Both the position numbers and the translations under genes were made by a program. A stretch of DNA of 64,000 nucleotides, from positions 463,123-527,122 of the forward strand of contig CM082586.2 in assembly GCA_040954595.2 (NCBI GenBank). Direction: 5' to 3'. This document shows, in pieces, positions 10,201 through 23,651 of the stretch. Position 1 is the first letter of the stretch, and the number at the start of each line of letters is the position of its first letter. Origin of the DNA: Balanoglossus misakiensis (Eukaryota; Animalia; Hemichordata). Below the pieces are notes generated by a model, which was given only the letters and a program-made list of their open reading frames with translations, was not told the DNA's origin and searched no databases.

Positions 10201-12854
10201 TCCATCTTTAAAACAAAACCCAGGCTTGTTTCTGAGTGATTCGCGTTTTTTATTTTAAAAAACTCAGTTTGACCTGCAGGTCGGACTTGACCTTGAAATT
10301 GTCCTTGACCAAGTGAAAAGAAAATTGTAGGCAATGTTTTTGAACTCTCTATTTTGCAAGGAACATAGTGATATATGTCGAAACAATTCTTTACGAGTTC
10401 GCGCAAGGAGGCCAAGATGGCCCTGGACTACGTGACAAAGTGCGCACACGGGCCTCTATGTAGGGCGCCTGTGTGTAGAGGGAACGTTACTCATTCACGA
10501 TTGTCGGAAAAGAAACAAAAGACGACGTACCAAAACTAGTTTAGATGACATTGGTACTGGAAAACCTTCTCCTCAACGGTTAACAGTGCTACCCACAAGT
10601 TAATCTCTCGTAACAACCGTCAATTTATACCATATTATATATAATTACTCGTCAAGAAATCACACCAATAATCACATTCTCAACTTTCTATGCTGTTCTT
10701 AGCCCATATTGCTTTAACCTGTTAGGCCTATAAATTACCACAAGCGCTGGGCCGATAACTTTCAGACTTCTAGCTATTTCCCAGTACACACTACAATTTG
10801 GACACTCCATTGATTCAAACTGCGTTGTTTCGGATATATAATTTTGCGAAGCTGTTTCGTATAGCTCGGCGCTCTGCTAGACACCGAGTTCACACGTACA
10901 CGGAACTCGCCTACTATCGTATGAGATCATGGTTTCCTTTCATGTAAGGGAATCTCGTAAAATTGTCTTTTGTCGTATAAAGTTTGTATGTTTGACATCA
11001 ATGTTTCAAAGGTAGGGAGAAGTATTTCAAAGGAGTAGGGTATATTACTCAATAGAATTCCTAATTTAACAACTGTCATATTTTGGTAGAAAAAATTATA
11101 CTCTACATCACAGTGTGAAAGGATGCGAGTCTTATACCCGTATACAAGTCACAAACTATGACAAAGTGACCCAATATTCCAAAACTATTTGTAGAGCCTG
11201 TTCGTCGTTGGGGACACGCACGTGTTTACTACTAGTGCATGTACTCGGGTACTAGTATCAACGTGTTTTGGGCCAGAGACGCTAACTGCTTGACCGTTGA
11301 TCCTGTACTTTGATAGTCGTAGAGATTAAGATAAGAGACTTGTTTGAAGTTATCCATAACTATTTTGTCCCCCAAAGAGTGAGAATCGACTACCTACCCG
11401 CTGCACGTGCGAAGATTTCGGTGAGTTCAACCTGTGTTTCTCCGTCCGGTTTTTGCAATTTGAGCAGGATCTGTTCCACAGCACTTTTGTCGCTTGCTTT
11501 CCCTCGCGTGTACACTGTTGGTTCAATCGACCGGACAAGACCCCAATCTCTGCTCTGGTCTCGTTGGTGAACAGCGTGTATGTAGGTCGACCGGGCCGGT
11601 TGTAACAAGGCGTGCCCGTGTGATGCATTGTGGCTCAGTACAACATGCAAATCGGTGTCTCGCTGCAGCTGGCAAGCGGCCGGCATCGAGAAGCGGGGAG
11701 TTTGGAAACACTGCCACAAACACTTTGTGTCATGAACCTCACCCGGGCTTGGTTGTTGCAGTAGGGTGATGTCACGGACAGCCGACTTAAATATAGAGTT
11801 CAAATATTGCCAGTTAGTAAGTCCGTAATATCATCTCAAAAACCTACATTCATCATGTTCAATAATCGATGCGCGAGTGTCATATAAAATCGATTTCCCT
11901 AAAACCTGAAAAGGCAGATCATATTGTATTTATCTTGTCTACAAGTTAAAGTTTCAAATACATTGTGCATTTATGCATTTACGTTAAGAAAATATATTAG
12001 ACAAACGATCGCTGTCCTATACTATATCTATTGAATCATATTTCCATAAACTATCAACTGGACCATAACAGCAATATGACAAAATATAGTTTTCCAGGTC
12101 TCCTCAACTACATAGCTCATATAGATATGTGTTTTTAAATTAGAGTGAGGGATTAATTTCGACGGAAATAGTAGATGAACTACGTCAATAGACATCCAGG
12201 CTGCGGTCACCGTGTTTCAAAATCTTGCTATCTCCTGATACACGTGCAAGAATTGAAGTGATTGTCATCCACAATTATTTCGTAGTTCGTAGATTTCTTT
12301 TCTGCGTTTCTGTTTGGGAACCGAACCACGCAATAATTGTCACGTAAATTGAAGAGGCGAACTCAAAGTTCGTGTACCAGGACGGTCAAATACGAAAGGT
12401 CATTCGCTAACGCCTATCCAGGAACAAGTGAAGTGTATTGAAAACATTTCCAACTTATCTAATCCAGTGATAAAAGTGCACGGTCTGTACATAACATCAC
12501 AGACGGATGACGCGACCTCGACCGACCACATCAATGAATGACAGCAAAGATGACACTGCATTTTTATTCCTGCCGACAAAACTATTTTAACAAGTATGTC
12601 ATTGTTTAAAACTGTCCCTACGTGAGTCCCAGAGTGGCTACTGATATTGAATAACCTTGCCCTGTGTGATCAGATTTATACAAGGACGCCGAGTGTCTCT
12701 GTCCTATCATACGTGTCATAGTTGTGTCTGTGGTTCTACCCTTCAAAGGACGCTGGTTGTTGGTGCTTGTGGCGAATGGAGTTCGCAGCCCCAGTTAAAG
12801 CTACTGGCATGGTTATATTACACAGTTTGTATTTTTCAGTTTGATTCCAGCAAA

Positions 12855-13958
12855 ATGAGTGGTGATATACCAGATCCTAAAACTTCTTTGACGCCAAATG
12901 AAAAGAAGGCAATCAGAGACACGTGGGAAGCAATATATGCCAACAAAAAAGAAAATGGAATCGCTCTTCTGCTGAGGTAAGTGGCCAAAAGGAAAAAACA
13001 ATACACCATTTAGTCTAGCGCCCTAACACACTCACACCCATCGTGAATTTGAACTCAAAGCGAGGCCAATGGGGTAAGTTGACCAATCACATCAAGGAAG
13101 GGAATATTTTGCCTTTGGCCCTGCTTTGAGTTCAATTTCATCATGGTTGTGTGAGGGCGCTAGATTTATGAAATGGGTATATGTACATTGCTATGAACAC
13201 AGTGTCAACATGGTGTCCATTACTCACAAGAGTCAATTATTATTAAATTCTTTATTTCACTAAGAGTAGTATGAAATAATAAGATGGAAAAAAATAATAC
13301 ATGTCTGGTACATTTCTTCTCTCCACCAAATACCAATGTATTTATTTATTAGGCTTTTCGAAGACTTCCCAGAAACTAGGGCACGGTTTAAAAATCTTAA
13401 AGAGGGAGACATGGAGAAACTTGCCCAGCAAGCTCAGTTTAAAGCTCATGTTCTCCGAGTGATGGCAGCTCTCAATTCACTGATTGAGAATTTGGATGAC
13501 GCTGATGTCCTTGTGGAGCTGTTGATTAACCTTGGTCGTTCGCATAATAAACATAAAGTGAAACCATCAGACTTTAATGTAAGTAAGCGTATAGTGCATG
13601 CCTTCATTTTGAATCAACAAGAGAGGTTAATGAGAAGACTTGATGGTGACATAGTGTGTGTTGGAGAGGGAAAAAGAGGGATATACTGTAGATGACTGGT
13701 AAACCATGTAGACCTACAAAAAAGGCACAACAATGGTGATACCATTGATTGTGAATGTGTGTACATATAAGGGGCACTGTTGTAAAACTATGTCCTGCAT
13801 TTTTCCAGAAACTTGGAGGGGCAGCAATATGGATGGTTGAGACCAAATCCGGCAGCAGTTATTCAGAGTTCGCCAAAGGTGCCTGGGTGAAGGCCTACGG
13901 AGTCATTACATCTATCATCGTGAAGGAACTGGACCCTGAAGAACAAACTGCCGAGTAG
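12855..13958 (+). CDS. Globin B (165 aa), paralogue of globin A lacking the acylation leader
   Basis: Exons 12855-12976, 13353-13578, 13809-13958 (498 nt), with the same intron positions as globin A. Motifs ARFKNL, KAHVLRV, GRSHNKH; LTPNEKKAIR.TWEAIYA shared with globin A. Confidence 0.93.
13001..13180. mobile_element. Small imperfect palindromic element (MITE-like) in globin B intron 1
   Basis: tctagcgccct...gtgaatttgaactcaaagc...ggcca pairs with tggcc...gctttgagttcaatttca...agggcgctaga. Confidence 0.6.
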
Positions 13959-15018
13959 CCCCCCTGAGAACACAGGGTTTGGCGTAAAGAACTGAATAAT
14001 TAACAATTTCTGTTTTCTATCCAAGATATATTGCCGAGTAAACTGATATATACTACTAATGTATGTTAAATTGTAAAAAATGGTATAGTGTTATGTCATT
14101 GATAGTATTATTGTAATAAACTGAGTTCAATGCTCCAACATGTGTTGACCCTGTGCAATAGTCTAGTTGTCCCAACAACTTATACATGTACACTGTACTA
14201 TATATAAAGTTCGTGGTTAGAAAATATGGAAGGTTATGTACTTACCAATGGCATGCAAACTGGGCTTTATGTCAGCTTCATTAAGAATCAAAAACTTCTG
14301 AAACTTGGGAAACATAGACATCTCTCGTTTGTCGTGAGAGCTATATAAAGCATTGTGCTTGTTTCTTGGCGTCTGATGTGCAAAATAAACATTGCAACCC
14401 ACTGTACTGGCGTTATCACAGCAGACGACACGATCCTACACGCAACGAGCCGCCATGTTGGATGTGCGCCACCTACCAACAAACTGCTGTAACTTTTGTT
14501 TTAATAAAACCAACATACCTGATACCCAGCATGCAACGTTCTATGAAAACGACACACCATCGACATCAACCAGTTATTAAATTGGAAACAGTTTTTATTG
14601 GAATACTTAGAGGAAAAATGCAACTTTTTGTATACTGCACAGAACACAACAGAAACAAGAGTCTCCACTAGTGGTAAATACCGTAGGGAATGACAGAAGT
14701 TATGTATATACAATATGGAAGGTGTTCTTTCAAGATAATTTGAACACCATTCCTCTAGGCTAATTTGAATACCGTTTGGTTTCTATATACAGTCATAAAA
14801 TTCAGATCACCAATTTTAAAGAATCCTTCTTCCCAAGTATGTTTTCAGGTAGGTTCACTTCGGTTCCGCCTTGGAATAAAATATGCACTGAATGTGCACT
14901 ATTTCTCAGTCCGTTTCAAAAAAGGTCAATAATTTAAATGTTGCATCAGTCCAATACTCTTTTCTCTCTCTCTTTTTTTTTTGCCTTTTCTATTATTTTT
15001 GTACAATGCACACATTCT

Positions 15019-17028
15019 CTATTTCTTTGGAGCGATGATGCCTTCCAGTTGTGTCTGTAACAGCAAAGAAAAATGCAAGAAGTGAAAACAATGAACTTGA
15101 ACAAAAGAGACCATATGATGAGTGTTGATCTCTTAATAATAATAGGAATGTGTAATATGTTCATGAAGTTTTGAAAACTTAATTCAGAATATTGCTATAA
15201 AAGACACAGGTATGCAAATACTCATCAACTCCGATTGGCAGTGTCTGTAATATCAAGCTGGTAGAGCGACATCTCGACACCCATGAAATTTAAACACCAA
15301 GATGTTTGGTCAAAAAGGGTCACGCAAATGACACTGGGGCTGACTGATTTCACTTTCATTCTTTACCTTCAACTGTTGGTTGGTTCTCTTTAAGAACTGA
15401 ATTTCCTCAGCATGTTTCTTTTCTTCAACTTGTCTGCGTTCAGCTTCTCTCTTCTCAATGGCTTCACATTTTGCTTTCAGTTCATTCACTTGACGTTCCA
15501 AGTCTCTCTTGTCTTGTTCTAATTCTGTGATCTGTTCAAGAAATGAAAATAGACATACAGTAAATTGTAGTGTGGACCCTTATAAACAAACAACCTTCAC
15601 AAGAGGAGGCGACTGATGGAACTTTGAGGGAGAGAACTTATATACATGTATATCAGTTATCTTATGTCTAACCAACAAATTTAACAAATGACCTGTCAGT
15701 CTCACCTTCTTCTCCATATCAGCCTTGCCTTGTTCAGCTTGTAAAGCTTTGCGCATTCCAAATGCTACACTGCTTTCATAGAGTGTCTGATAGGCAGCTA
15801 TGGTCATCCTGATCTCATCACGAACTCTCAGCAACAACAAACCTCTCTCTGCACAGTTGATAGTCACTTGACGGATCAATTCATCTGAAACCAAATAAGA
15901 CAAAATATTCAGAATTAATGTTTACTACAATTTGAAGATCAGTTTCTCTACCTTACAATTAAAAGTATACTTTGGTTATTCTGATGAGTAGTGAGTGGTG
16001 AGCCTAACTTGATTAAAGGGAACACTACCTCTGATTGCAAACATGATCGTCAGCAAACTCACCAAAACACTGGGAATAAAGTTCTCTCCTGACAGGGCAG
16101 ATTCCAGTTTCTCTTGCCTGGCGTTGCTGTAACCTTTGGTCAAGCTGTTCTTGTAAGTTGACCACATCAAGACGTGTGGCAGGAGTACTTGACACCTGCT
16201 GTACCCAGAGCTGACCGTTCTCTGTCCATTCCCTGAAAGCAAACCAAGTATTACATAAAGTATTATACACTGTACACAGAGATTCATAACTTCCACTACC
16301 GGTACAAATAAAATCAAAACAAACAATTCTGAATACATCAGTCATACATGTACTTCATTTGGTCATGCAATGAATATTTGGATAAAATTTAAATTTTACT
16401 ACATAACTCACCTTGGTGGCAAAATTGAATTTAAGATTTCATCGGTTTGCTGTGCTTTCTGTGCATCCATTGGAGGTAACTTTGCTCCTTTGGGTGGAGG
16501 GTTTGGAACAGGACCAGCATTTGCAGGTTGCTGTGGACTTGCCTTCAGAGCACGGGCCTAAAAATGTAAATGCAATATTATTGACAATGTGTTGCGATCG
16601 CTATGGTCTCTTTTATTTTAAGTTTAAGTCTCAAACTACGTACATTTGATCGTTAGATGCTGGAACTTGGAAGCAAAGACTCTTCCTAGCCAGTTGAACA
16701 CGACATGTTTATACCTGGTCATGACCCATGGGGTATAAACATTTGGTATCTATGAGAAGGGAACACTTACATTCACAGATCACGGCTAAATTTGCTAGTC
16801 TATGAAAGCCTGTCGTAAAAGAATATGCTTTGAATTTAGTGGAAGTTTGCTTTATCAACTTTTTTCTGGTTGAACTCTGGTGTCTCAGTAAATAACACTG
16901 TAGCTGTGTATGTTTCATGTGTAGAAAAGTACATCGACAAAACTTACCCTTGGTGTTTTCTTGTCTGTATTTCTACTAACAAGGACTGGGTTGTCATATT
17001 TGACAAGAGATGCGTTTGGAGGAATCAT
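15019..17028 (-). CDS. DNALI1: Axonemal dynein light intermediate chain p28 (258 aa)
   Basis: Exons 17028-16948, 16557-16412, 16232-16063, 15884-15706, 15531-15367, 15054-15019 (777 nt). Translation MIPPNASLVKYDNPVLVS...QARETGICPVRRELYSQCFDELIRQVTINCAERGLLLLRVRDE...QLEGIIAPKK. Confidence 0.97.
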
Positions 17029-17399
17029 CTTCAATAATAAACCTGCTCAAAAGACACTCCGAATTGCAATGTTTCCTATAAAAACCTCAGACAACTGTGA
17101 GCGGCAATGCAGGTTGTTGTCAAATCTCAGCTTCCATGGAAACTACCAACAGCGCATGTGCAACAATAATTCCCAGCATGCATTGTACAAGACCGTAACT
17201 TTCTAATGAAAAGCAATACGGCTGTATCGATATTTTTCTCTTGATAAAAGTAACACGTAAACATTAGCGACCCAAAAAACTAATCGTTAGAAATTTTACA
17301 ATAAATAGTTTTAATAAATACACTCATTTCGAAGAGAAATGCGTGTGTGATTTCTTTTATAGCTTTCTTTACAAAGTTAGGTAGCATAAAAGAGGCAAT
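17029..17399. promoter_or_regulatory. Bidirectional promoter of DNALI1/EMC2 with X-box (RFX)-like, NRF1-like and ZNF143-like motifs
   Basis: Head-to-head ATGs about 370 bp apart; gcttccatggaaac 17130-17143, gcgcatgtgc 17152-17161, aattcccagcatgcattg ~17168-17185. Confidence 0.55.
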
Positions 17400-19857
17400 A
17401 TGGCGTCCTCCGTAAACTCGAATGGCTTGAACTTGAGCTGGGAAGGTTGGCATATTTCATTTTCTCCCCAATTATGAGTGACCCGAGATATTCATAAATG
17501 TTAGTCAGTATCTATACAAAGATCCGATTTTGTTTCGTCGGCAAAAGTGCTCACGATTCATCGTTATACCAAATTACATTACAAAACCTTGAAAGAAGTC
17601 ATAATAATGTGGGTCAATGATCAATGCGGAGCCATCAATGCCACCCTGTTGTGTACACATTGTCATTGACACTGAAGCGAAGTGCACATTGACCCGAACA
17701 ATGAACGAATGGCTAGATGTGTGTGTGTTCTTTATTGTAGAAGCACGAGACCAGCTCCGGAAGTGGAGAGAAGAAAATGTTCGATACAGTGAAGAAATCG
17801 TAGAGATAGCAGATGGCCTACTTGCAGACCATGCTGGTAAATTGGGTGATGAAGGTAAATGTGACAAATACTTTGGTAGATGGATGTATTTTATCGTGTC
17901 AACATTTCGGACATATGACAATAATGTCACTGTAGTGTTAAAAAAACTGTTTATGGACTTGTACATGTACATTAGGTTTAATACCACCATCCTAACAGAT
18001 AATGTAAAGTTCACTAGCCCAACATGTTCTCATGTGATCATTTTTCTTCTAGCTTGGGTTGTGTATGAACAGCTGTTTATAGCATCACTTGACACCGGTA
18101 AAATTGAGATTGCTACAGCCTGTATCAGAGATCTAGAAAAACAATTTCCAAACAGCATCAGAGTGAAAAAGTTGAGAGGAATGCGAGCAGAGGCCGTTGA
18201 AAAGTGAGTATTATGTTGCTTCATCCCTTTCATCAAAGAGCTCAGTCAATGCAGAGCCTGTGTTGTCTTGAACAACACTCCTCTTGCTCCCGTGATAATA
18301 CATCAGACCAACTCCAACTATATCAAACATTGCATTTTTCTAATATTTTCCAGGTGGGATGAAGCACTTGAAATCTATGATGCTATATTAGAGGAAGATG
18401 AAGCAAATGCTGTAAGTTGTGAATACCGTAACCCTAAACCAAAACAAACCTACCTATATTCATGAAGAAAGAATGCTTTTTGGCTTGTTGTTTTGGCAAA
18501 TATTAAATTATTTAATATTCTCTGTGTTTTCAGGTTGTTAGGAAAAGAAAAGTGGCTATTTATAAAGCCAGAAAAAATATAAGTGGTGCAATCAAAGAAC
18601 TCTGTGAACATGTCAAAAAGTAAGTGATAGTGATATTACTTTGCACACACAAGATATGTATGTAAACTGCTAGGAAATACAGTGAGGAAAATGACATGGA
18701 TCAGATTGTACATGTAATTGACATTATTCTTAACTGGTTTGTTTCTTTCGGTTTGTCTTTTTCTTGTCATTCTCTAAGATTTATGGCAGATCATGAAGCG
18801 TGGCTGGAGTTGACAGATTTGTACATAGCAGAACAAGAGTAACTATCATTTCCTTTTTTGCTTCCCTGAACTTTAAGAACGAGTATTGTCCCTATTACAA
18901 AATTAGTTTGACTCATGTTTTTCTATGGTTGGATCTACAAAAGTTTATGAGTCAACAATAAACAAAAACTTTGATTATATTCACAGGTACAGTAAAGCTG
19001 CATTTTGTTTAGAAGAACTTATACTTTCAAATCCTCACAATCATCTTTATCATCAAAGATACGCTGAGGTTTGTACAACATATATGTTGTTTTCAAAGTA
19101 AAGAACTCTGCTGTTTCATTGAAGGAACATATCCAGCACAGATTTTGTGTTAGTTCATGCTGTTATCAGACATGATAAATACCCTCTGAAAATGACTTTT
19201 CAATCATGGTCTGATTTTAAAATACATAATCAATGCAATTTTTATTTTATGACAGATCAAATACACCCAGGGGGACATGGCACTTGCGTGTAAATATTTC
19301 TCACAGGCGGCAAAATGTAACGAGAACAACATGAGGGCGCTGTATGGAGTTTTCATGGTATGTATGACATTAGTGAAGTTTGTTTCCATGGCTACTTGAC
19401 CTACTATACCATCGATCACAAAGGGATTCAATCACAGGAGAGCCTGCCAGACATCTGTTGGAATTAACCTTTCTTGTGTTTCTGGTATATCATGTTTTTT
19501 ATATTTGATTTGATTTTACAGTCGGCCAACAATTTAGCTGCATCACAGAAAAGTACTGCAAGGATTAAAAAAGACAATATGAAATACGCAGCGTGGGCAG
19601 CTGGGCAGATCTCTGAGAAATATCAGGTGAGTGTGATCAGCCAATCAGGTCTCAGGTAAAGTGACATCACTGAGTGTGATCAGCCAATCAGGTCTCAGGA
19701 TTTGACCTGTCGTCTGTCATGTCATTCAAAACAAAATTCCCTCTGACTTCATGTATCTTTGTTTTTTTATCAGGATGTACAAACAAGAGATCATGACCAA
19801 CAGATGTCAACACTGGAAGACATGTTGGATTCACTTCAAGTTGTTCCTGCAAACTAA
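17400..19857 (+). CDS. EMC2: ER membrane protein complex subunit 2 (TTC35), 10 coding exons
   Basis: Spliced translation [37 protein letters not shown]...[13 protein letters not shown]...[10 protein letters not shown]...[11 protein letters not shown]...[33 protein letters not shown]...NMRALYG...LQVVPAN*. Confidence 0.96.
19629..19699. repeat. 28-bp direct duplication at an EMC2 donor site
   Basis: gagtgtgatcagccaatcaggtctcagg occurs twice, 43 bp apart. Confidence 0.8.
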
Positions 19858-20437
19858 AACCAGATCATGAACGAATGCTGCCCCCCCCCCTTCCAATAAC
19901 ACACCTATCTTGCCCATATCAAGTGTCACCAATGACAAAAAAATGTGGTTGGACTATAAGTTTAAATTAATGATGGCCAAGTATAAGTATTTCAACTGCC
20001 CTATCTGGATTAGAACAATAGTTTTTACAGTAGCATATTTTATAAACCATGCTGAAAAATTTACAGTGTTAGTACAATGAATGTTTTCGTAACATTGCCA
20101 TATTTTTCATTTTGTGACGTGTTTATGTGCCACATAACATTTTGATATTATGTATGTTCAGTTTTCAGCCAAGTTTTGTCATGAACTGATACAGTTATAG
20201 GTCTGGTACTTTGTATTTTTTAACATTCCTTTTGCAACAGCTATAAAAAATAAATTATATCATGCATAAATTCAGAGCATATGTGGCAGTAATGGCAAAA
20301 GAATATTGTATAAACGGTTTAGATATGTACCACTCTTCATTAAATTAATATGAAAATAAAATTATTTCAAATCGTATTTGTGAAAACAACTCTGAACTGA
20401 ATATCTTTCTGTGGTGACTTCACTAATGGTGCAATCG

Positions 20438-23400
20438 TCACGTTTGATTCTCAGCTCCACTGTCTGTTCTCTCTTCTTTGGATTTTATCTTTTCTGGTCT
20501 TGGCGTGAAGTACTTTTTCCTGAATGCATTGTGACCTTTGTACATGTTTTTCGTAATCTCTGCACCAACTACTTCACAATCGTCTACCTCCTGTGAAAAT
20601 GAACAAAAGAAAACCATCATAAAACATCACTGCCTGACTTTACATGTGCGTAGACCAGGGTCTAATAAAGTAGGAATGAAATGAAGAGTTTCTGCAGAAG
20701 ACCCTCAGAAATTAAGTCTTCCCCAAATCTCAAAACTGGTCTTTTTGTAATCACAGAACACGCACAGTGCAATAAGCAGCATACTCCAACCGGGAAAGTG
20801 TCCTGAATGATAAAACACAACATGTGACAAACCTGGATTTCTTTGGTCTTTTCCATCGTTATCAGTCGTCGACTCACATTAATATTTAGTATCTGTTCAC
20901 TGTTTGCCACCAGCGTCAGACATGGATGCTTCGGTATCTGGTCAGGGGAATACCTGAAACAATGATCAATCAAAATTCTTACACAAATCTCAACACATTA
21001 GGATTTCACACTCAGGGCAATTAATCCAAGGCTATACACCTCTGAGTGTCTAGTTGACATTTAGAAACCTGGGTCAACTATCATCACCTCTCAGTCAAAA
21101 TTTGATAAAAATATGTGATCTGTGGATACAGATCCATATGAATGCTAAGAACACTTACTCTGGTCTCGATACAGGAAGCCAGTAGACCAATCGTCCACCA
21201 AGCCGGAGATAATATGCAGCAGAGTTCAAGAGATCCGTGAAGATATCGGCTAAGTGGTAACCAACGCTGCTGGGAATGTGACCAGGCAGTCTGCAAACAA
21301 GAAAAAAAGTGATGTGGGTGCATGCATGTGTGTTTCATGTGCAGGTGTTCATTGTTGCTATCTTATCACAATCAGTGTAGTTCTGTTCTAACCGCTTGAC
21401 TTACTGATCATCTTCTAAGGTGTAATCCTTGTCCGTCCCAATCCTTCGTGTTGATTCTCTGATACCATAGGGTGCTGACAGTGAAAATGTACAAAGAACA
21501 GAATTCAATACAACTTGGTAGACATTTAAATTTGCAATTGAAGTGGTTGACATAACATGAGGGCACTTACGATCTGTGACAATGGCATCAAACACAGAAC
21601 ACTGTCTCCAAAGAGTTGTTGAAGCATCAGCCACCATGACATCAATGTAAAACTTTTCAAGTCCATACAGACGCATATTGGTTCGTATACTTTCATTGGG
21701 TCCACGGAATTTATCAGCATCCCTGCGACTTGATTTTCCCCTTCCATGGATAATGTTGTAATCTATGTCAGTTCCGGCCACATATGCTCCATAGTGTGCA
21801 CAAGCTACAAGAAGACTTCCTGGTAAAGATTGAACAAAACACATCATTATTTTTCTGTGTCAGATCACTCATTAGAGTGATTATATGTATATTTCTTAGT
21901 ATGAAAGTTCACACCTCTATATCATTTACCCGATTACTAACTGTGACAAACTGCAATCTCTATTACCTGTGCCAACAAATGGATCCAGTACTAGACTATT
22001 ACTTTTAACCTTTGCTTGATTTGCCATGATAAGAGATAGATCTGCAGCCATGCTTGTGTTACCGATGAAATGACGTTTCTTGATGGAATATTTCTGGATC
22101 AGGTCTCTCTGCCCATCTGCAATCTAAGTAAATGTTACCATACAATAAGGTTGTTTTCTTTGTGGGAGAGATAATGAATCATTTGGTTTCATGACAGCTA
22201 CTCACTGGACATTTACCATCGGACAACTCCAGTCACCAACCAATGTTCTCATATTGAAAATGAAAGCATAGAGTAGACACAGTGTCTGAAGAATATGTGG
22301 TATTTTAAATACCGACTTACCAATCTACCAAAGTAAATACAGTACGGGTTTTCTGGTGAATTATTAGGATCTGTTCCATAGTTTTCTAACATGTAAAATG
22401 TATGATCTGGATTACTAAGTTCTACTTTCCCTCGGAATGGTATGATGTCTGTGACTTCCTATAACAAAAAGGTTAAAGGTTAGGGGTCAGAGGTCATAAC
22501 AGTGAGTGACATAAATGCAGACACATGACCTGGACACCCTTGTCAGTTGATACAATCCATTGATCTGTACAGTTATATTTAAATAGACACTATGTTATGT
22601 AGATGAAATACTCACATCAATTATTTGTAACTGCCTTGACTGTTTCACAGTTTTCCCGTAAGAATTGACTCGCATTTTAAATGAAGTATCTGGTCTACAG
22701 AATGTAGCAATGAGTTCATGTGGAAGAGTTCTGAGTTTTTCGTACAATTCTGTGCACGTGTTTCCTGTAGCCCACAGTTCAAGTAAATATTTTCCTAGTA
22801 CAGTTCTGCTCATAATCGCCTTTCCACATTCTTCACTTGGAAGTCGCAACAGGCAAAAGGGATTCTGGGAAAGATGAGATCAGAAACAAATAAACGATTA
22901 TGATGAGAGACACAGATAGAATTGATTTTCACAAAGTAGTTTGATCCATTCTGAAATTTTTCATGGGTTTTATTTATTCTATTTTTAATGTATATACCTG
23001 TTTGTCTTCTGGTTCGTGTATTTCAGCTGGGATATTCAATACACCTAAAATAGACTGAAATTCCTACAAGAAAACAACATTACCTTATCAGTCAATAATC
23101 AGTCTAATCACTATTACTACTACAATTTGTATATTCTCCGTCATATCAATGCCAAGTCCTACTTGGGTGGTCTCTTTCACTCTTTGCAGCCAAAATGTAC
23201 AGGTAGAATACTATACACTACATATTTCAGCCACAGGCTTTAACATCAGCAACCGCGAAGTCCCACGGCACTGCATTATCCAGTGTTGTGGGGTTTCGGT
23301 GTTGTTGATTTCATGAGAGACTGTGACATAAGCAACCTTGTGGCCGACGCCTTTCTGTGATGTTCGACATAACATAATGAAATACTTGACTGAGTGTTAA

Positions 23401-23509
23401 TTATCCTTCAACAATTACTCACGGCCATTCTAAAATCGATGTGTTCATGCGCGAACACCAGTAAATATTGTCTCCACTTGCCAACCACGCTCGTCATGGG
23501 CGCAGCCAT
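20438..23509 (-). CDS. TRMT11: tRNA (guanine-N2)-methyltransferase subunit Trm11
   Basis: Spliced exons include MAAPM...YLLVFAHEHIDFR, ELWATG, RHFIGNTSMAADLSLIMANQA, VLDPFVGTGSLLVACAHYGAYVAGTDID, FDAIVTDPPYGIRE-like, HPCLTLVANSEQ and SRRLITMEK, ending FRKKYF...ENQT*. Confidence 0.94.
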
Positions 23510-23651
23510 CTTGAATTCACAACTCTGTTGCTTTTTTCTTTCCTCCAATAAGCATCTGACCTTACGTGACCCCAGAGAGTGCAACCAGCAACAAACACAC
23601 CTTTTATTTATCCATAGACTGTCTATGGTTTATCCACAGTCCCTCAAGACA

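Noticed and set aside
17855-18052. Stop-free in-frame 198-nt EMC2 intron (similarly the 96-nt TRMT11 intron at 21475-21570)
   Set aside because: Splice sites are canonical and the inserted sequence is not protein-like; plausible by chance among the many introns here.
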